A stretch of DNA of 64,000 nt from assembly GCA_963666735.1 (NCBI GenBank), contig OY762926.1:3808001-3872000 (forward strand), read 5' to 3'. The position numbers and the translations under genes are program-made. Shown here piece after piece: positions 60,449 through 64,000 of the stretch (positions are counted from its first letter, which is position 1; every line of letters starts with the position of its first letter). The notes under the pieces are model-generated. The model was not told the origin of the DNA and did no database searches. It saw only the letters and a list, made by a program, of their open reading frames with translations. The DNA is from Gemmatimonadota bacterium (lineage in GTDB: Bacteria; Gemmatimonadota; Gemmatimonadetes; Palauibacterales; Palauibacteraceae).

Positions 60449-62093
60449 GAGCTTGCGCGGTAGAACGGTCGCGAAGGGCGGCGGATCCCGGGAAGCGCGG
60501 CCGCCCGGAGGCTGAGGGGCGCCGGTTGTCGGCGGGAGCCGCCGTCGCGCGGGCGAAGCCGCCGCGCCGGCGCCGTTTCCGGGTGGATCCGGCCGCGTTT
60601 CGGGCCCCGGAGGCCCTCCGGCGCGAAGATTTCGCCCCTCACGCGGCCCGAAGGACGTGGAGGCGCCGCGCGTTGAGCGCCAGACACACCAGATCCCACT
60701 CGCCGCGCACGTTCTCCAAGCCCCTGAGGCTGAACCTCCTGAACCCCATCGCCTCCTTGACCCACCCGATGGGCGCTTCGGCGATCCACTTGCGCTTGGC
60801 ATACACCGCCCGGCCTTGGGGAGTCTCCAGCTTCTTCGCCATGCGCGCCGTCGCCGGGAGCTTCTTCGGGTCGGGCTTGCCGGCCCCCTTGCCCTCCCGG
60901 CCCAGCGCCACGTAGCCGTCGATCCCCCGCGCATCCAGAGCCGCCAGATCCTCCTCGTTCGAGTAGCCCGCGTCGGCCAGCACCTCGCCCGGCGTCTCCC
61001 CCAACCGCCCGGACACCTCGTCCACCCGCTCCACCAGCTGCCCCTGGTCGCTCGCGTTGTCGGTCACCTCCGCCCCCAGCACCAGCTGGCTCTCGCCGTC
61101 GACCACCGCCTGCGCGTTGTAGCACTGCTGGTAGCCCTCCGTGCTCGTCCGCATGATCCGGCTCTCCGGATCCGTGAAGTTCGTCTGCGAGTCCGCCTCC
61201 GGCTCCCCGTAGGCCAGCTTGTACGGCGACCCCCCCTTCGGGTTGCGGTCCCACTCCGGCTCCCGGCCCCGCGCGTCGTCGCGCTCCCGCGCCTCCGCCT
61301 CCAGACGAGCCCGCGCCGCCCGGATCGCCGCCAGCCGGTCCTCCCGCCGCTTCAGCTCCTCCGGCAGCTCGTCGCCCCGAACGTCCTCCCCGTGCCGCTC
61401 GTCCTCCTCCGCGTCGGCCGCCTCCGCACGCGCCAGCAACTCCGCGATCTCCGCCTCCAGGCGCGCCTCCTCCGGACCCATCCGCCCGTAGCTCATCGCC
61501 TTCCGCTTGCTCGCGTTCGCCCGAACCTTCGTCCCGTCCACCGCCACCCGGCCCAGCCCCGCCAGACCCAGCTCCCGCGCCAGAAGCACCGCCTCGGCGA
61601 ACAACGCACCGAACGCCCTCAGGTTCTTCTTCCGGAACTCGCACAGCGTCCGGTGCGCCGGAAAGTTCCCCGCCGCCAGCATCCTGAGCGGCACGTCCTC
61701 CTCCAGCTTCCGCGCCAGCTTCCGAGACGAGAACACCCCCGTCGCGTAACCGTACAGCAGAACCTTCACCATCATCCGCGGATCGTACGGGCTCCGACGG
61801 CGTCCGTCCCCCTCGTACCGCGCGTAGAACGCCGACAGGTCCAGCGCGTCCACCAGATCGCTCACGTGGTGCGCCAGATGCCCCGCCGGCACCCACTCGC
61901 GAAGATCCTGCGGCAGCAGCAACCGCTGGTCCGGATCGTACGGGCGGAACCTCGTCCGCATCCTCTCCGGATCGTACGGTAGAGACCTCGCACTCATCGC
62001 CAACTCCCCGCGCCGAACTTGAACCCGTCACAGCACGCCATCACCATAACCACCCGAAACGCGCCGCACCATCGGTTTCTACGGCGCAGGCTC
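60449..62093 (-). mobile_element. IS1182-family element
   Basis: 17-bp IRs gagcttgcgcggtagaa / gagcctgcgccgtagaa; TSD CTAG (60445-60448, 62094-62097). Confidence 0.88.
60639..61961 (-). CDS. IS1182-family transposase
   Basis: 'PYDPRMMVKVLLYGY', 'SSRKLA', 'VDGTKVRANAS', 'NFTDPESRIM', 'ADAGY', 'GFRRFSLRGL'. Confidence 0.92.
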   Translation of the reverse strand: MRTRFRPYDPDQRLLLPQDLREWVPAGHLAHHVSDLVDALDLSAFYARYEGDGRRRSPYDPRMMVKVLLYGYATGVFSSRKLARKLEEDVPLRMLAAGNFPAHRTLCEFRKKNLRAFGALFAEAVLLARELGLAGLGRVAVDGTKVRANASKRKAMSYGRMGPEEARLEAEIAELLARAEAADAEEDERHGEDVRGDELPEELKRREDRLAAIRAARARLEAEARERDDARGREPEWDRNPKGGSPYKLAYGEPEADSQTNFTDPESRIMRTSTEGYQQCYNAQAVVDGESQLVLGAEVTDNASDQGQLVERVDEVSGRLGETPGEVLADAGYSNEEDLAALDARGIDGYVALGREGKGAGKPDPKKLPATARMAKKLETPQGRAVYAKRKWIAEAPIGWVKEAMGFRRFSLRGLENVRGEWDLVCLALNARRLHVLRAA

Positions 62094-63415
62094 CTAGGCG
62101 GTAGCTCGGGGGTTGACCCCGCGCCGCCGTCCTCGCTCCCGGAGCCCACGGCGCGCTGCAGGACCTCCTGGATGTCGAGGCCCAGCACCGACGCGAGCCC
62201 CTCCATCGTCCCGTAGGCGCCGCGCACCCGCTGGTTGAGCGCGTTGGACACGCCCTCGCCCTGGCCCCCGTCCATGACGACGACGCGGTCGATGTCCACG
62301 CCCTCCACGGCGCCCACGGCGATCTCGAGCAGTTCGGGGAGCTTCTCGGCCATGAACACGGCGAACGCGGCCTCGCCTCCGGTCTGAACCTCGGCGTAGA
62401 GCCGCTTCAGGACCTCGACCTGGGCCTTCCCGCGCTCCAGGATCGGCGCCGCCTCGGCCTCGGCCCGCGCGAACGCGGCCATCTTCTCGGCCTTGGCGGG
62501 CTCGATGACGTCCGCCCGCAGGCGCTGCTCCTCGCGCTCCACGCGCTTCATCTCGAGGATCTTCTCGGCCTCGACCTCGGCCTCCTGCGCCTTCACGCGC
62601 GCGATCTTCTCGGCCGTGTCGCCCTCGCGGTGCAGTTCGGCCTTGCGCACGCGCAACTCGTTCTGGGCTTCGGCGACCTTGATCGAGGCGGCCGCCTCCC
62701 GCACCTCCGCGCGCCGCCTCGCCTCGGCCTGGGCCTCGCGCGTGTCGGCTTCGGCCTGGGCCTCGGCGATCTCCGCGGCCCGGATCGCCTCGGCCGACTT
62801 TTCGCGGCCGATCGCCTCGAGGTAGCCGCGCTCGTCGCTCACGTTCTGGATCTTGAGCACGTCGAGGTGGAAGCCCAGCGATGCCAGATCCTCCCCCGCG
62901 TCCTCCGACAGCGCCTTGGCGAACCCCAGCCGGTCCTCGTTCACGGCCTCCGGGGTGAGCGTGGCGAGGACGCCGCGCAGGTTCCCGGTGAGCGTGTCCT
63001 GGGCCAGTTCGCGGACTTCCGTCTCCGTCTTCCCCAGCAGGCGCTCCACGGCGTTGTTGAACACCCACTCGGGCTCCGAGGCGATCTTCACGTTCGCGAT
63101 CGCCTCCACGTTGAGCGGGATGTTTCCCTTCGAGAAGGCGTTGGTGACGAAGACCTCGATGGGGATGGTCTCGAGGTTCATGTGCTGGACCGTCTCGATG
63201 ATCGGGATCCGGAGCGTGCGCCCGCCCGAAATGGAGCGGTAGCCGACGGCCTGGCCATCGGTCAGCATGCGGTTCCGGCCCGTGATCACGGCGGCGCGGT
63301 TGGGGGGGACGATCACGATCAGGTTCTTGATGGTGACGATCGCCACGAGCACGACGACGATGAAGACGGCCGCCATCGTGACCGGGGCGGCCAGGAGATT
63401 CAGAAAATCTTGCAT
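61994..63415 (-). CDS. Flotillin / SPFH-domain protein (C-terminus extended into the IS)
   Basis: N-terminal TM; 'GNLRGVLATLTPE', 'LKIQNVSD..GYL'; EA-rich coiled coil. Confidence 0.88.
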   Translation of the reverse strand: MQDFLNLLAAPVTMAAVFIVVVLVAIVTIKNLIVIVPPNRAAVITGRNRMLTDGQAVGYRSISGGRTLRIPIIETVQHMNLETIPIEVFVTNAFSKGNIPLNVEAIANVKIASEPEWVFNNAVERLLGKTETEVRELAQDTLTGNLRGVLATLTPEAVNEDRLGFAKALSEDAGEDLASLGFHLDVLKIQNVSDERGYLEAIGREKSAEAIRAAEIAEAQAEADTREAQAEARRRAEVREAAASIKVAEAQNELRVRKAELHREGDTAEKIARVKAQEAEVEAEKILEMKRVEREEQRLRADVIEPAKAEKMAAFARAEAEAAPILERGKAQVEVLKRLYAEVQTGGEAAFAVFMAEKLPELLEIAVGAVEGVDIDRVVVMDGGQGEGVSNALNQRVRGAYGTMEGLASVLGLDIQEVLQRAVGSGSEDGGAGSTPELPPRSLRRRNRWCGAFRVVMVMACCDGFKFGAGSWR

Positions 63416-63422
63416 TTGGACC

Positions 63423-63983
63423 TCATTCCTCGAGCAGCTTCATGTCCACCGGCACGACGTTCGCGATGCCGTCCGTCATGCGCACGACGACGACCGACTG
63501 CCCGGCGCGCAGCGGCAGATCGTCCGGGCAGGTCGAGTCCAGGCGGGCCCGCACGCTGTAGCGGCGCTGCCCGCGCGACACCTTCACCGTACCCGCGCCG
63601 TCCGGCGCTATTTCCATCGTCACCTTGCCGGTCAGCCCGGCCAGCGACTGCTCGCCGAGCGCGGTGCCGGCGCCCGACCGCTTGATGTAACGGAAGGCGG
63701 CGCTGATGAAGGCCCCGGAGGCCAGCCCCGTGATGCCGGCGACGACGCCCGTGACCGCGGGACCCGTGAACCAGTGCAGAATGGACCCGGTCGCGCCGAA
63801 CCCGAACAGGGCGTAGACGATCGTCCGCAGCGAGAGGAGCCTCGCCACATCGGCCCCTCCCCCCGCGTCAAGTTCCGCGTCGACATCCACGTCGATGTCC
63901 ATGCCGTCCAGGAAGTCGCCGAAGACGGACAGCGCGAGGAACCCGCCGCCTACCAGGAGACAGAAGACGTATATCGTGAACAT
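63423..63983 (-). CDS. NfeD-like membrane protein
   Basis: Three TMs, acidic 'DIDVDVDAELD' loop, C-terminal OB-like domain 'GLTGKV...GTVKV...GQSVVVV'; upstream of flotillin. Confidence 0.8.
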   Translation of the reverse strand: MFTIYVFCLLVGGGFLALSVFGDFLDGMDIDVDVDAELDAGGGADVARLLSLRTIVYALFGFGATGSILHWFTGPAVTGVVAGITGLASGAFISAAFRYIKRSGAGTALGEQSLAGLTGKVTMEIAPDGAGTVKVSRGQRRYSVRARLDSTCPDDLPLRAGQSVVVVRMTDGIANVVPVDMKLLEE

Positions 63984-64000
63984 GAACGGCTCTCCCTTCG

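Overview
High-GC (about 70%) bacterial DNA. The lineage is probably Gemmatimonadota-like, inferred only from gene content, gene order and the many secreted beta-propeller genes. The window has two halves. (1) 1-38 kb is ordinary chromosome: coxG, a TPR protein, and a near-complete dcw cluster (mraZ rsmH ftsL ftsI murE murF mraY murD ftsW murG murC murB ftsQ ftsA ftsZ; no ddl) that runs on into an M23 peptidase, a vWA protein, ftsY, recG, asnS and a signal-peptide RidA. After these come an esterase/thioesterase pair, a Phd-VapC toxin-antitoxin module, and an FAD/Fe-S oxidase divergent from a serine-glyoxylate-type aminotransferase plus TRAP transporter. (2) 38-62 kb is a decaying accessory island. 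It holds an ECF sigma/anti-sigma pair, broken beta-propeller and TonB-like genes, and a triple nest in which an IS21 istA is cut by an IS1380 whose left terminal inverted repeat is itself split by a group II intron. It also holds an intact three-gene Lamassu/ABC-three-component defence operon with an HNH effector, an unclassified AGT-ended integrase-type IS with a 5-bp TSD, two IS1182-type and two IS3 elements (one IS3 sits at the very tip of an IS1182 that splits a lipoprotein gene). The window ends with a flotillin/NfeD pair. The most striking signal is the group II intron homing precisely into an IS1380 terminal inverted repeat. All calls come from reading the sequence and recalled family motifs; no searches were run.
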